A program made the position numbers and the translations under genes. The notes under the pieces were generated by a model. The model was not told the DNA's origin. It saw only the letters and a list, made by a program, of their open reading frames with translations, and searched no databases. DNA of 64,000 nucleotides from Candidatus Woykebacteria bacterium (GTDB lineage Bacteria > Patescibacteriota > Microgenomatia > Woykebacterales > RBG-16-39-9b), in NCBI GenBank assembly GCA_040876345.1, contig JBBDPM010000006.1:70803-134802 (forward strand), read 5' to 3'. Positions 27,364 to 37,532 of the stretch are shown in pieces; the first letter of the stretch is position 1; the number at the start of each line of letters is the position of its first letter.

Positions 27364-29661
27364 CTAGGAAGCTTTTTTACCGTTTTTGACAAAACTTCTT
27401 TTGACCCTTGGAGCAAGAACTAACGCCCCTGATGCAGCTGGCAAAGTCTCCTTAGACTCCCCAACACTAGATTCTTCTGCTTTTAGCGGAATGCTAAAGC
27501 TAAAAGTACTGCCCTTACCAAGGGTGGATTTTACCCAAATTCGGCCTGAGTGCATCTCAACAATTGCTTTAGATATGTAAAGCCCAAGACCAGTGCCTTT
27601 AGATCCTTGTTCAAGAACACCTGAGACTCTAAAGAATTTGGTGAAAAGTTTGGAAAGGGCTTCTTCAGGTATACCTTGACCAGTGTCTCCAACACTGGTT
27701 ACTAGATCTCCACCTTTAACTTCGATAGTCACCGTTACTTTTCCGCCCGGGCCCGTATAACTAAGAGCGTTGCCGATCAAATTGGAAAGAACTTCACCCA
27801 TCCTGAATTTATCGGCAAGGGCCGCCACACCTTTTTCCTTTTCTTGTACGAACTCAAGAGTGATACCTTTCTGTCTTGCTTGATCTAAATAGTTAGTGAC
27901 CACCTCGTTCACAAGTTCAACCCAATCAACAGAGCTTTTTTGAACTTTCATTCTGCCTCTTTCAATTCTGGAGACCGACAAGAGATTTTCCACCAAACCG
28001 GCAAGTTGGGTTGAAGAAATAAACGCCTTACTCAAAAATGAAAGCTGCTCCTCACTCACCTTGCCTCTAATTTCTTCCTGAAGAACAGAGAGGTACCCCC
28101 TAATTGAAGTTAAAGGCGTTCTAAGCTCGTGTGCTGCCATAGAAACAAAGTCTAGTTTCATCTCTTCAAGCTCATGTTCTTGCGATACATCGTGCATAGT
28201 AACTATTGCCCCCAAATCTATATCTTCGTTCTCCGCGATTGTGGATACAGTCAAATCAACGTAAAATGGGCTACCGTCTCTTTTAACCACCTTAATATTC
28301 TTCTTGGTAGCAAGTATTCGATCTTCAGCAACCCTTTCTCTCGGCAGAAGATCTAATATTGAAAGTCGATTTTCTCCTTCAACCATGTAGATAACTTCGT
28401 CGGCTCCTTTTCCTAAAACTTTATCTTGATCAATTTCCAGCTGCCTCTCCATGGACGGGCTAAAAAGCACTAATCTTCCTCCTTTATCCACCGCAAAAAC
28501 CCCATCAACAATTCCACCCAAAGTAACTCCCATCTTGTTTCTCTCGGCGGTTATGCGATTTATCAGTTTTCTCACTTCTCGTATGTCCCTGGCTAAACCA
28601 ACAATCCCTAGAAGATGGCCTTTATCTAAGAGTGACGTTGCCGAAAAACTAACCGGTATTCGGATACCTCCTTTTGTTTTAAAATCTATTTCCAAACCAG
28701 CAACCGATCCTTTTCTCTTAAGGGGTACTAAAACTCTTTTTAAAAACTTATCCCAAGACTCAACATCGGGAATTATCCAGCGCACATTTTTTCCTAAAAG
28801 CTCACTTTCTTTAAACCCAAGAAGAGACAGGATTGATCTATTTACCTGCTCAATTGTGTGATAAGGACCAATAACTAACAAAGCTTCTGACATCGTGTCG
28901 ATTATGGTATCTGAGGTAACTTTGGGACTGATGACAAAGAGAGAGTATTTAACAATTCCATAGGTCATTATGATGCTAAGAGCTGAGGTGAAAAGGATTG
29001 CCACCGGCAAAACTTCAATCCCCAATATAGGCAAAAATGCATCGGTGAGTGAGCCGCCAACAATAGGTATTAAAAGGGCCACTATTGTGGTTAGTGTTTG
29101 TTTCTTCCTTATTGGGTCAGTGGTTTTAAAATAAAATCTGGTCAGTAAGGCCAGGGAGCCAATTAGAAAAGCCTCCAGCCAAACTATAAAAACCCAAAAG
29201 TAGTCGGCCACCGGGGAAATATTCCATCCCCAAGGACTTCTGCCGATATCAGAAAGGTGGTTGTTAGATATTAAATTAGTATTCCAAGAAAGAAATAGAA
29301 ACAAACAAGGCGGGCCAAAAATAAGAATTTGAGCCAATTTGTTCTTTAAAAGGGCCTCTTTTCCGATAAAATTCAGCGTAAAACCAAAAACTAAGGTAGG
29401 AATAAAAATCCATCCGGGCCGACCAAGATACCCCCAGAAAAGTGACGCTTGCGGACTCGCGCTAAGGCGATCTAGAAATTCTGAAGCACCCCATAAAATA
29501 AGAGCAAGGAGAAAGACGGTGAACCAATTATTTGCTTCACTCCTTGCCCCCTTGGTTTGAACCCAAATTAGCAAAGTCAGGTTAATTATAATTGCCGAAA
29601 GTGAAAAAAGGGCAAAATAATTAAACCTAAAATCAATTATCAGGGCAAGGTTTTCAAACAT
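27364..29661 (-). CDS. sensor histidine kinase paralog (7TM sensor, two PAS, HisKA, HATPase_c)
   Basis: FVSMAAHELRTPLTSIRGYLSVLQEE; same N-terminal multi-TM domain as 25464-27326. Confidence 0.85.
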   Translation of the reverse strand: MFENLALIIDFRFNYFALFSLSAIIINLTLLIWVQTKGARSEANNWFTVFLLALILWGASEFLDRLSASPQASLFWGYLGRPGWIFIPTLVFGFTLNFIGKEALLKNKLAQILIFGPPCLFLFLSWNTNLISNNHLSDIGRSPWGWNISPVADYFWVFIVWLEAFLIGSLALLTRFYFKTTDPIRKKQTLTTIVALLIPIVGGSLTDAFLPILGIEVLPVAILFTSALSIIMTYGIVKYSLFVISPKVTSDTIIDTMSEALLVIGPYHTIEQVNRSILSLLGFKESELLGKNVRWIIPDVESWDKFLKRVLVPLKRKGSVAGLEIDFKTKGGIRIPVSFSATSLLDKGHLLGIVGLARDIREVRKLINRITAERNKMGVTLGGIVDGVFAVDKGGRLVLFSPSMERQLEIDQDKVLGKGADEVIYMVEGENRLSILDLLPRERVAEDRILATKKNIKVVKRDGSPFYVDLTVSTIAENEDIDLGAIVTMHDVSQEHELEEMKLDFVSMAAHELRTPLTSIRGYLSVLQEEIRGKVSEEQLSFLSKAFISSTQLAGLVENLLSVSRIERGRMKVQKSSVDWVELVNEVVTNYLDQARQKGITLEFVQEKEKGVAALADKFRMGEVLSNLIGNALSYTGPGGKVTVTIEVKGGDLVTSVGDTGQGIPEEALSKLFTKFFRVSGVLEQGSKGTGLGLYISKAIVEMHSGRIWVKSTLGKGSTFSFSIPLKAEESSVGESKETLPAASGALVLAPRVKRSFVKNGKKAS

Positions 29662-29938
29662 GATCTGAGTTTATTTTAGCAATTTCTAGGGGAAAAATAA
29701 ATATGCCTAAGTTGACCAGTTACCCAAAAGGTGTATTATATTTTTACAGGACAGGATCGCTCACACCAGCTCGTTTCGGGAGCAGGGAGGTGATACCGAT
29801 GACCCAAAGCAGTCCGGAACCCATAATTCGGGTAGCGCATAACTTTTCGATGGCGAGAGAGTTAACCCAACGTACGCTTGAGCTTTCACCACTGCGAGCT
29901 CTCTCTGCGGCGTTCAGCCTGAGCAGTACGCTTGGCAG

Positions 29939-30580
29939 TTGGGAACTTTCGATGAGCATTCCGGCCTTGCGATGCCAAGCGTAACGGTCGCTCCGATCGA
30001 AGCACAAGCGCTCCGCCACGGTTTTCTCCCAATACCCTCAGGCATTGTGAATAACGTCGGCTGCCCAGACCAAACTGCCGACCGCCTCGCATTGATCACG
30101 CGCTGGGCTGTGTCCTTAACAGGCAAACCAATCTGCTACTCAGGCCACAGTCTAGGAGGCTTAATTGCCAAGGCGGTGAGCAGACGTGTTCCACAAGGCT
30201 ACGTGTCTGGAGTCGTCTCTATGGGAACACCTATGAGTGATGTTTGCGTGAACCCACTAATGGATCAGGCAACCATGATCCTAGGGCTCGCGAACGAACT
30301 TGCGTTGGCAAGAAGTGGATGTTTCCGAGGAACGTGTGGATGTCGTTTCGTCGATGATGCACGAAGTGATCTACTCGACGATGTGACGTACTTCTCCTTC
30401 TTCACGAGAGACGACCAAGTTGTCGAACCCGAGGGCTGCCTACTACCGGAAAGCCACAACTGTCAAAACATCGAGGTGGCGGGGACACACTCTGGGCTAC
30501 CGGATAACCCCCAGGTGCTGGCTCAATTACCAACAGTTCTCGCAGCAATCTTCCAAAGAAGACCTAGGATAACCGCCTGA
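29939..30580 (+). CDS. lipase/esterase-like alpha/beta hydrolase (GC-rich islet); start uncertain
   Basis: LRHGF (oxyanion HG) and YSGHSLGGLIAKAV (GxSxG); surrounded by overlapping antisense ORFs typical of high-GC DNA. Confidence 0.5.
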   Translation: MGTFDEHSGLAMPSVTVAPIEAQALRHGFLPIPSGIVNNVGCPDQTADRLALITRWAVSLTGKPICYSGHSLGGLIAKAVSRRVPQGYVSGVVSMGTPMSDVCVNPLMDQATMILGLANELALARSGCFRGTCGCRFVDDARSDLLDDVTYFSFFTRDDQVVEPEGCLLPESHNCQNIEVAGTHSGLPDNPQVLAQLPTVLAAIFQRRPRITA

Positions 30581-30759
30581 CCTTGTGCATGCGTGGGGTT
30601 AGGCGGTTCGCATTTATCTAATCTTTAGTTAGTATTGAAAAATGAGATCAGATTTACCCGAGATGAGGTTTAGATATGATAATATCCCAAAATATCATAC
30701 CACATCAGTAAACTCCCCTGCAGACTTTAACTGACTAACCACTAGAATAGATATCTTGT

Positions 30760-31683
30760 ATGAAACCTTCAAAAGGAACTTATCGTATTAGAGTTCCTGC
30801 CTCAGCTGCAAACCTCGGTCCTGGGCTAGACACTCTTGCCCTTGCTTTGTCACTACATTTAGAAGTGGCGATCAAGATATCCAAAAAATTCAAGATCGAA
30901 GTAGCTGGAATTGGCCAAGAACAAATACCGACAACTAAAGAGGCCAATCTTGTCTATAAAGCCTTTTCGGCTCTGTGCCAAAAAATGAAGGATAAAACCC
31001 CAGAACTTGAAATCTTGATTCAAAATGATATACCGCCCGCTCGGGGGATAGGAAGTAGCGCCAGTGGTATCGTCGCCGGCCTCTTGGCAGCAAATTCAAT
31101 CATGGGATACAAGTTAAATCGCAGCGACCTTCTGCAAACCGCTGCCCAGGTAGAAGGCCACGCCGATAACCCGGCTGCTTCCTTATTTGGTGGTTGCGTG
31201 GTCGTAACCCGCGAAAACGACCGAATTTTTTGGGGTAGGGTGAGTACCCCTCCCCAACTCAAGGTAGTTCTTTTTATACCTGATTTTGAGATACCCACCC
31301 AAAAAGCCCGAAAAATACTGCCTAAAAATGTCCCGCTTGAGGACGCTGTTTTTAATGTCCAAAGGGCCGCCCTCTTAGTCTCTAGTCTTGCGGAGTCAGA
31401 TTTTGAGATGTTGAAACTTTCAACTAAAGACAGGTTACATGAAGATACCAGAGTAAAAGCTTTTTACCCTAGAGTTTATGATCTAGCTTACGCTGCTAAA
31501 GATGCCGGAGCCAAAGGAGAATTTCTGTGTGGATCAGGATCGAGTATTGGTGCTTTTGCGGTCGAAAAACCAGACTACATTGCAAACATAATGGAAGAAA
31601 AGGCCGCCGAAATTGGAATAGCCGGAACCACAACTATCGTTTCCCCAGATACAGTGGGAGCAGTCGTAGAAGAAATAGACTAA
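30760..31683 (+). CDS. thrB: homoserine kinase
   Basis: RVPASAANLGPGLD..., PPARGIGSSASGIVAG (GHMP kinase motif). Confidence 0.8.
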   Translation: MKPSKGTYRIRVPASAANLGPGLDTLALALSLHLEVAIKISKKFKIEVAGIGQEQIPTTKEANLVYKAFSALCQKMKDKTPELEILIQNDIPPARGIGSSASGIVAGLLAANSIMGYKLNRSDLLQTAAQVEGHADNPAASLFGGCVVVTRENDRIFWGRVSTPPQLKVVLFIPDFEIPTQKARKILPKNVPLEDAVFNVQRAALLVSSLAESDFEMLKLSTKDRLHEDTRVKAFYPRVYDLAYAAKDAGAKGEFLCGSGSSIGAFAVEKPDYIANIMEEKAAEIGIAGTTTIVSPDTVGAVVEEID

Positions 31684-31724
31684 ACTGCTTGATTTTTACT
31701 TCCCCTTAAATCAAAATAGATATA

Positions 31725-32321
31725 ATGACCACTACTATCTACTTTGTCCGGCATGGCCAAGTGGATAACCCAGGTAAAATAGCCTACGGCCGAATGAGTG
31801 GATTTCATCTCTCCCAGGCAGGTAAGGAACAGGCCGCAAAAACAGGGAAATATTTTAAAGATAAAAATATTTCCAGAATTTATACGTCACCACTAGAGCG
31901 TACCTTTGAGACAGCCAATATAATTTCTGATTATTTGAAAAAAACGGTTAGGATCGTTCACAAATATGAACTGATTGAAATTGATGCTCATAAGTGGCAA
32001 TCTCTGCCACTTTCAGAACTTTTTCAAAATAAATATTTTGAGTCCTTTGTAAATGATGAAAACTCAGTTGAAGTCGGGGAGAATCTCTCTGTCCTAGCAT
32101 CTCGGCTAGAAAATTTTGCAATGAAAGTTTGTGGGGAACATAAAGGTGAAGAAGTTATTTGCGTCTCTCACGAATACCCAATCTTAGCAGTGAGATTGAA
32201 GTTGGAAGGAAAACCTCTAAAGCTTTTAAAAAACTCCTACGCCGAAACAGCATCGATCACAACCTTTGTACTCAACGAAAATTGTAAGATACGAGAAGTT
32301 ACTTATACAGAACTGCAGTGA
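31725..32321 (+). CDS. histidine phosphatase family protein
   Basis: IYFVRHGQVDN (RHG motif). Confidence 0.7.
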   Translation: MTTTIYFVRHGQVDNPGKIAYGRMSGFHLSQAGKEQAAKTGKYFKDKNISRIYTSPLERTFETANIISDYLKKTVRIVHKYELIEIDAHKWQSLPLSELFQNKYFESFVNDENSVEVGENLSVLASRLENFAMKVCGEHKGEEVICVSHEYPILAVRLKLEGKPLKLLKNSYAETASITTFVLNENCKIREVTYTELQ

Positions 32322-32332
32322 ATTTGGTTTGT

Positions 32333-32671
32333 CTAGGCCTTAATTTCGTCGATTTTTGCCGCTAGAATGAAATCGTTTTCGTGCAAACCACTAATCGCGT
32401 GGGTATAGTTAACCAGAGTGACACGATTATAGTGAATATGAATATCAGGGTGATGCCCTTCACCCTCAGCAATTTTACCCACTGTATTTACAAAATCCAG
32501 AGACTCCCTAAAGTTTTTAAACTTGAACGTCTTCGAGATTTGTTTATGCCCATCCTCTTCTTCAAGATTCCAACCGACGACCTTTGTAATAAACTCTTTA
32601 ACTTCTTCGTCTTTAAGAGAGGGGACGCCGCCCTCACAAGGAACACATTTTTTATTTGCTAGATTTTCCAC
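32333..32671 (-). CDS. pterin-4a-carbinolamine dehydratase (PCD/DCoH)
   Basis: EGHHPDIHIHYNRVTLVNYTH signature. Confidence 0.8.
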   Translation of the reverse strand: MENLANKKCVPCEGGVPSLKDEEVKEFITKVVGWNLEEEDGHKQISKTFKFKNFRESLDFVNTVGKIAEGEGHHPDIHIHYNRVTLVNYTHAISGLHENDFILAAKIDEIKA

Positions 32672-32742
32672 CGGATTTAGCTTATGATTTAAAAGTAAGG
32701 TCCATATTTATTTTACCATCAAAGTAAAAACTTAGTCAGTAA

Positions 32743-33984
32743 ATGATTAAAGAAGTAAAGCCGGAAAAAGCGAGTCTTGAAAATTACAAAAAAATTGTAA
32801 AACCAAAAGAGTATGAAGAGGTGCTTGACCTTGCAAAAAAATTAAAAGGGGCCTCAATCATCCACTTAAACGCGACTGCATCTGGTGGGGGAGTAGCCGA
32901 AATACTAAACTCTCTTATCCCACTTCTCTCTTCCGTAGGACTCTCCCCAAAATGGTATTTTATAAAAAAGGTCTACAAATTTTTTGAAATTACTAAAGAG
33001 ATCCACAACCTTCTACAAGGAAAGGCTGGGGACCTTACAAAGGAGCAGAAAGATTTTTACCTAGCAATTAACGAAGAGATTGCGAAAGAAATGAGAGACT
33101 TAAAACCAGACGTTTGGGTCATGCACGATCCGCAGCCGGCAGCTTGCCTTCAGTTTTTACCAACTATTGCAAAAACAAAAAGTATCTGGCGCTGCCATAT
33201 TGACACTTCAAAAACCAATGCTAAAGTTTGGCGGTGGTTTTCACCATCTCTAAAAAAGTATGATCGCTACATATACTCCGTCCGCCGCTACATTGGCGAA
33301 GGGCTTGATTACAAAAAATGTGTGATAATCCCACCGGCTATTGACCCCTTAAACCAAAAAAACTCCGAGATGGATCCTCTTTTCGCCAAGCAAGTTGTGG
33401 CAAGATTCAAAATTGACACTGAAAGGCCGCTACTATCCCAAATATCAAGATTCGATCCCTGGAAGGATCCGTGGGGAGTGATAGACTCCTACCGAATCGC
33501 CAAAAAGAAATTTCCAAATCTTCAGCTTGCGCTTATCGGCTCTTTCTCCGTTGATGATCCGCAGGCCTATGATGTAAAAGAAGAGCTGAAAGTTTACGCA
33601 AACGGGGATAAGGATATCCACATTCTTTCGAACCTCGACGGTATACAGGCTCTTGAAGTAAATGCTTTCCAAAGAGTCTCGGACGTTATCATTCAAAAAT
33701 CAATTAGAGAAGGCTTCGGGCTTACTGTCGCCGAAGCAATGTGGAAAGGAAAACCAGTGATTGGCGGAAGAGCCGGCGGAATCCTTGAGCAAATTGAAGA
33801 CGGCGTGAACGGATTTTTAGTTACAACCGCCGCCCAAGCAGCCGAGCGAATAACCCAACTCCTAGATGATGAGAATTTTGCCAGAAGAATAGGGGAGAAG
33901 GGGAAAGAGTCTGTCCGAAGCCGATTTCTGATAACCAGGCTTCTTCGCGATCACCTCAAGCTCTATAACGACCTCCTTTCATAG
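32743..33984 (+). CDS. GT4 glycosyltransferase, TreT/trehalose-synthase-like
   Basis: N-terminal IIHLNATASGGGVAEILNSLIPL and C-terminal GT-B EX7E-type region (EGFGLTVAEAMWKGKPVIGG). Confidence 0.65.
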   Translation: MIKEVKPEKASLENYKKIVKPKEYEEVLDLAKKLKGASIIHLNATASGGGVAEILNSLIPLLSSVGLSPKWYFIKKVYKFFEITKEIHNLLQGKAGDLTKEQKDFYLAINEEIAKEMRDLKPDVWVMHDPQPAACLQFLPTIAKTKSIWRCHIDTSKTNAKVWRWFSPSLKKYDRYIYSVRRYIGEGLDYKKCVIIPPAIDPLNQKNSEMDPLFAKQVVARFKIDTERPLLSQISRFDPWKDPWGVIDSYRIAKKKFPNLQLALIGSFSVDDPQAYDVKEELKVYANGDKDIHILSNLDGIQALEVNAFQRVSDVIIQKSIREGFGLTVAEAMWKGKPVIGGRAGGILEQIEDGVNGFLVTTAAQAAERITQLLDDENFARRIGEKGKESVRSRFLITRLLRDHLKLYNDLLS

Positions 33985-34531
33985 AGATAATTGAATAAAC
34001 AAGTTAGTATGGGTGATGGTAGGTTGGGACGAAACAGGCTACCTCTCCCCAACCCTTTTGAACTCCGCCATCAACCCGTGGTCTTTGGTGGTCGGAGGGA
34101 CATCTGAACAGCAAAGTGGGCGTCATCGATGTCAACCAGAAACTCGTGAAACCACTAATCATCGGAGTTGACGACGAATCGGTGGAACTTCACTATTTCG
34201 GTCTCTATCCACCCGAACGACACTGTATTAGACTCTGGAGTGATCGCACACTCCACCACCCATCGTGCCGAGTCCTCACCGTACTTCACGTCTCTCGCTG
34301 TTTGCTAGCCGCCGCATCCGGTCCACAGGTCACAAAGGTCAGATCCGCCTCCGTGAGTGTATTACCAATTCCGACTTTTGTTCTCACTGCCTTCAGCCTC
34401 CTTTTGCATAAGCGCGCCCACAAGTTGGGCTCATTCCACCAAAACCCATAGTCTGGTGTCAAGCCGTAAACAAGCACAATCCTCGCTTGCGCAAGGATGA
34501 CTAAGGTGGGGGATTATGCTAAACTAGGTTT

Positions 34532-34894
34532 ATGCAGCCAAAGGTATCTGCCGCTCCTTACGTGGCAAGTTTGCCAGTTTATGTCATTTCCTGGTGGTTT
34601 CTAGAAAGCCCAAAATTGATCCTAAAGATTTTGACTTTCTTTTTTTCTCTAGTATCTCATCAACTAGGCTACCGCTCCCTTTTTAAAACTTTTTTCAAAC
34701 CTTGGAAAAACGAATACCGCGAAGGTTTGGTAGGTTTTTCGATCTATATGGGCATGTTTATGAAAAGTCTGATAATATTTGTGGGTTCTTTAATACTTTT
34801 TACACTGTTAGTCGCCGAGGTTTTTATTTTTTTGGCATGGGTATTTTTACCATTTATTGCACTATGGTGGGTATATGTTGGCCTTTTCACCTGA
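34532..34894 (+). CDS. hypothetical multi-pass membrane protein
   Basis: 120 aa, strongly hydrophobic; overlaps start of Clp ATPase ORF. Confidence 0.35.
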   Translation: MQPKVSAAPYVASLPVYVISWWFLESPKLILKILTFFFSLVSHQLGYRSLFKTFFKPWKNEYREGLVGFSIYMGMFMKSLIIFVGSLILFTLLVAEVFIFLAWVFLPFIALWWVYVGLFT

Positions 34895-37328
34895 ATTTTC
34901 AAAAATTTTTAAAGAAGCAGCGCTCGTAAATCTTTTTTCTTCGCCTTTGGTGGTGATTGTTCGACTACTTATTGTTATCTCTCTTAGCCTTCCTACAATT
35001 TATTCCTTTGCCAACGGGAGCAAAATGTCTTATCTTTGGGCTGCGTTGTTAACATGCGTCTTTATGCTTGAAGTCTTCTACCACTATAAAGTTCTAGAAG
35101 CTAAACCCTCAAAAACAGTGGAGGAGAGCGCCGAAAATTTAGCGGACTACGTGGATCTTTCACTTGCTAAAACTTTACTAAAAGCTAACGACTTAAATAA
35201 CCCATCAGTGATTTTTAATGCTATGAGAAAGGATTCAAAAATTACTTCCTTTTTTAACAAAGGAAATATAGGCTCCGGGGAAATTTCCTCTTTAGAAGCA
35301 GCCCTTGCAAAAGAAAATCTCGATCCCTCAAGACTTTTGTTAAAATCCAAAGAGTTTGCAGAGAAGGAGAATAGAGACTACATTGACAATCTAGATCTAC
35401 TTTTATCACTATTTTCACAAAGTTCGGCATTTTCTCAAGCGGCGTTAACAGTAAATTTAAAAGAAGACGATCTACTTAACATTGCTTACTTGGTGAGGCA
35501 CTTGTTTGAGAAAGAAGCGACCCATTTCTGGGAAAGAGCACCTACCTCTTTTGGCATTGGTCTTGCATCTCTCTGGGAAGGAGGCTGGACTTTAGAAACA
35601 GAGAAATACACAACAAACATCTCAAATTCTTTGTTAAGAAGGCAAGTGAGTCATAAACTAATTGGTCGCGCCGAAATAATAGATCAAGTTGAGGGAATCT
35701 TATCAAGAGAAGGTAAAAGAAACGTAATTTTGACAGGAGAACCAGGAGTGGGAAAGACCTCGATTGTTTATGCATTAGCTTCCTCTTCTGCCCACGGCCA
35801 GCTTCCAGAATCCCTAAAGTACAAAAGATTTTTAGAGTTTGACCTAACGTCCTTGTTGTCTGGCAGGGAGGCAGGAGTTTTAGCGGAAAGATTAAATAAT
35901 ATAATTTCAGAGATTTCTCACGCCAAAGATGTAGTTTTATTCATTCCGGAGATTGAATATTTAGCTTCCGGAGAGGGTGGGGGAGCCGATATCAGTGGGT
36001 TGATCCTAGAAACCCTAAAAAGTGGTAGCTTACAGATTATTGGAACCACCACCAAAGAATCATACAAAAAATTTATTGAAGGAAAGGGTGCATTTGCTGA
36101 AAGTTTTGAGACCATTGAAGTACCAGAACCAAGCACCACTGAGTCGATAAGAATCCTTGAGGAAGCCGCCACAAAAATCGAACCAAAAGAAAAAATAAAT
36201 GTGTCTTACAAGGCAATCGAAAAAGCAGTGGAGCTTTCTAAAAAATACATGGTTGATAGAGTCCTTCCCGGAAAAGCAATCGATCTTTTGGATGAAGCCT
36301 CTTCTTTTGCTCATCTTCACGATGAAAAAATATTGACAGTCGAGATCATCGAAAATATTGTTTCCCAAAAAACTAAAGCTCCAGTAAGAGTGGCGAGCGG
36401 CGCCGAAAAAGAACAACTTTTGCATCTTGAGGAAGAGTTACATAGAAGGATCGTCGACCAAGAGGAAGCGGTAAAGTCGATATCTCAGGCAATTCGTCGA
36501 GCAAGAGCTCTAAACCGGGAAACGAAACGCCCAATTGGGGTTTTTCTTTTCTTGGGCCCAACCGGGGTCGGGAAGACAGAAACTGCCAAAGCCCTATCCG
36601 CAATTTACTTTGGAAGCGAAGAAAAAATAATTAGAATTGATATGAGCGAGTTTCAAGAAGAGAACTCAATTAACAGGTTAATTGGAGCACCCCCGGGAAG
36701 CAAGGATTTTGGCACTGGCGGGCAATTCACCGAAAAGATTAGAGAAAATCCATTTACCACTGTTCTTCTTGATGAAATGGAAAAAGCTCACCTGAAAATC
36801 CAAGAAGCCTTTCTTCCAGTACTCGACGAGGGAGTACTGACAGACTCTTCAGGTAAAGAAATTATTTTTACCAATACTATTATAATAGCCACCTCAAACG
36901 CCGGGGCAGAATTTATCCGCGAATCCATTCAAAACAATGCACCACTCGACACCGTCAAAAAAGAGCTTTTAGAAAATCTTCAGCGAGATGGCGTATTTAA
37001 ACCGGAGTTTCTAAATCGTTTTGACGACATCATTGTTTATAAACCGCTATCGCAAGAAGACCTAAAACAAATAATTAAATTTATGACCAGTAATCTTTCA
37101 AAGAGAATGGAAAAACAAGACGTCGCCGTCTTGTTTGACGAATCGGCTCTGTCTTGGCTTGCCCAAAAAGGCTACGATCCAACATATGGCGCCCGGCCTC
37201 TAAGAAGAGTCATCCAAAACGAAATCGAAGCCCGTCTTGCTGAAAAAATTCTTTCGGGAGAAATTGGTAGAGGTAAAAAAGTAAACGTCAAAGTAGCCGG
37301 AGACAACCTGATCTTTGAATCTGTTTAA
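34857..37328 (+). CDS. Clp/Hsp100 AAA+ ATPase (ClpA/ClpC-like, two NBDs) with N-terminal transmembrane helices
   Basis: GEPGVGKTS (D1 Walker A), LGPTGVGKTETAKALS (D2), ...GARPLRR; N-terminus has two hydrophobic helices before Clp_N-like repeats. Confidence 0.8.
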   Translation: MHYGGYMLAFSPEFSKIFKEAALVNLFSSPLVVIVRLLIVISLSLPTIYSFANGSKMSYLWAALLTCVFMLEVFYHYKVLEAKPSKTVEESAENLADYVDLSLAKTLLKANDLNNPSVIFNAMRKDSKITSFFNKGNIGSGEISSLEAALAKENLDPSRLLLKSKEFAEKENRDYIDNLDLLLSLFSQSSAFSQAALTVNLKEDDLLNIAYLVRHLFEKEATHFWERAPTSFGIGLASLWEGGWTLETEKYTTNISNSLLRRQVSHKLIGRAEIIDQVEGILSREGKRNVILTGEPGVGKTSIVYALASSSAHGQLPESLKYKRFLEFDLTSLLSGREAGVLAERLNNIISEISHAKDVVLFIPEIEYLASGEGGGADISGLILETLKSGSLQIIGTTTKESYKKFIEGKGAFAESFETIEVPEPSTTESIRILEEAATKIEPKEKINVSYKAIEKAVELSKKYMVDRVLPGKAIDLLDEASSFAHLHDEKILTVEIIENIVSQKTKAPVRVASGAEKEQLLHLEEELHRRIVDQEEAVKSISQAIRRARALNRETKRPIGVFLFLGPTGVGKTETAKALSAIYFGSEEKIIRIDMSEFQEENSINRLIGAPPGSKDFGTGGQFTEKIRENPFTTVLLDEMEKAHLKIQEAFLPVLDEGVLTDSSGKEIIFTNTIIIATSNAGAEFIRESIQNNAPLDTVKKELLENLQRDGVFKPEFLNRFDDIIVYKPLSQEDLKQIIKFMTSNLSKRMEKQDVAVLFDESALSWLAQKGYDPTYGARPLRRVIQNEIEARLAEKILSGEIGRGKKVNVKVAGDNLIFESV

Positions 37329-37412
37329 CCTGAAATAAAGACTACGAAAGAATTATTTGTAATATTTTTCTTTACCCCTCGTAACAATTTAAAAGCACTT
37401 TTCAAGTTGGAC

Positions 37413-37441
37413 TTGACAAATTGGGTTTTCTTTCGGATAAT
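37413..37441 (+). promoter_or_regulatory. near-consensus sigma70 promoter TTGACA-17-GATAAT
   Basis: TTGACA 37413-37418, 17-nt spacer, GATAAT 37436-37441. Confidence 0.45.
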
Positions 37442-37490
37442 AGATTTTCATTAGTTCTAGTTAAAAGACTAGACTACCATAAACATAAAA

Positions 37491-37517
37491 TTCTGCCTGC
37501 TAGCTGCTAGCAGGTTT
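37491..37517 (+). terminator. GC-rich hairpin plus T-run (terminator/attenuator-like) immediately before the next gene start
   Basis: CCTGCTAGC-T-GCTAGCAGG palindrome 37493-37511 followed by TTTTTG. Confidence 0.4.
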
Positions 37518-37532
37518 TTGATTGGAATAACA

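Noticed and set aside
29700-30130. Multiple overlapping ORFs on both strands in the GC-rich lipase islet (29703-29984, 29744-30019, 29886-30092, 29914-30126)
   Set aside because: High-GC DNA yields long spurious frames. Only the frame containing the HG and GHSLGG motifs has family support.
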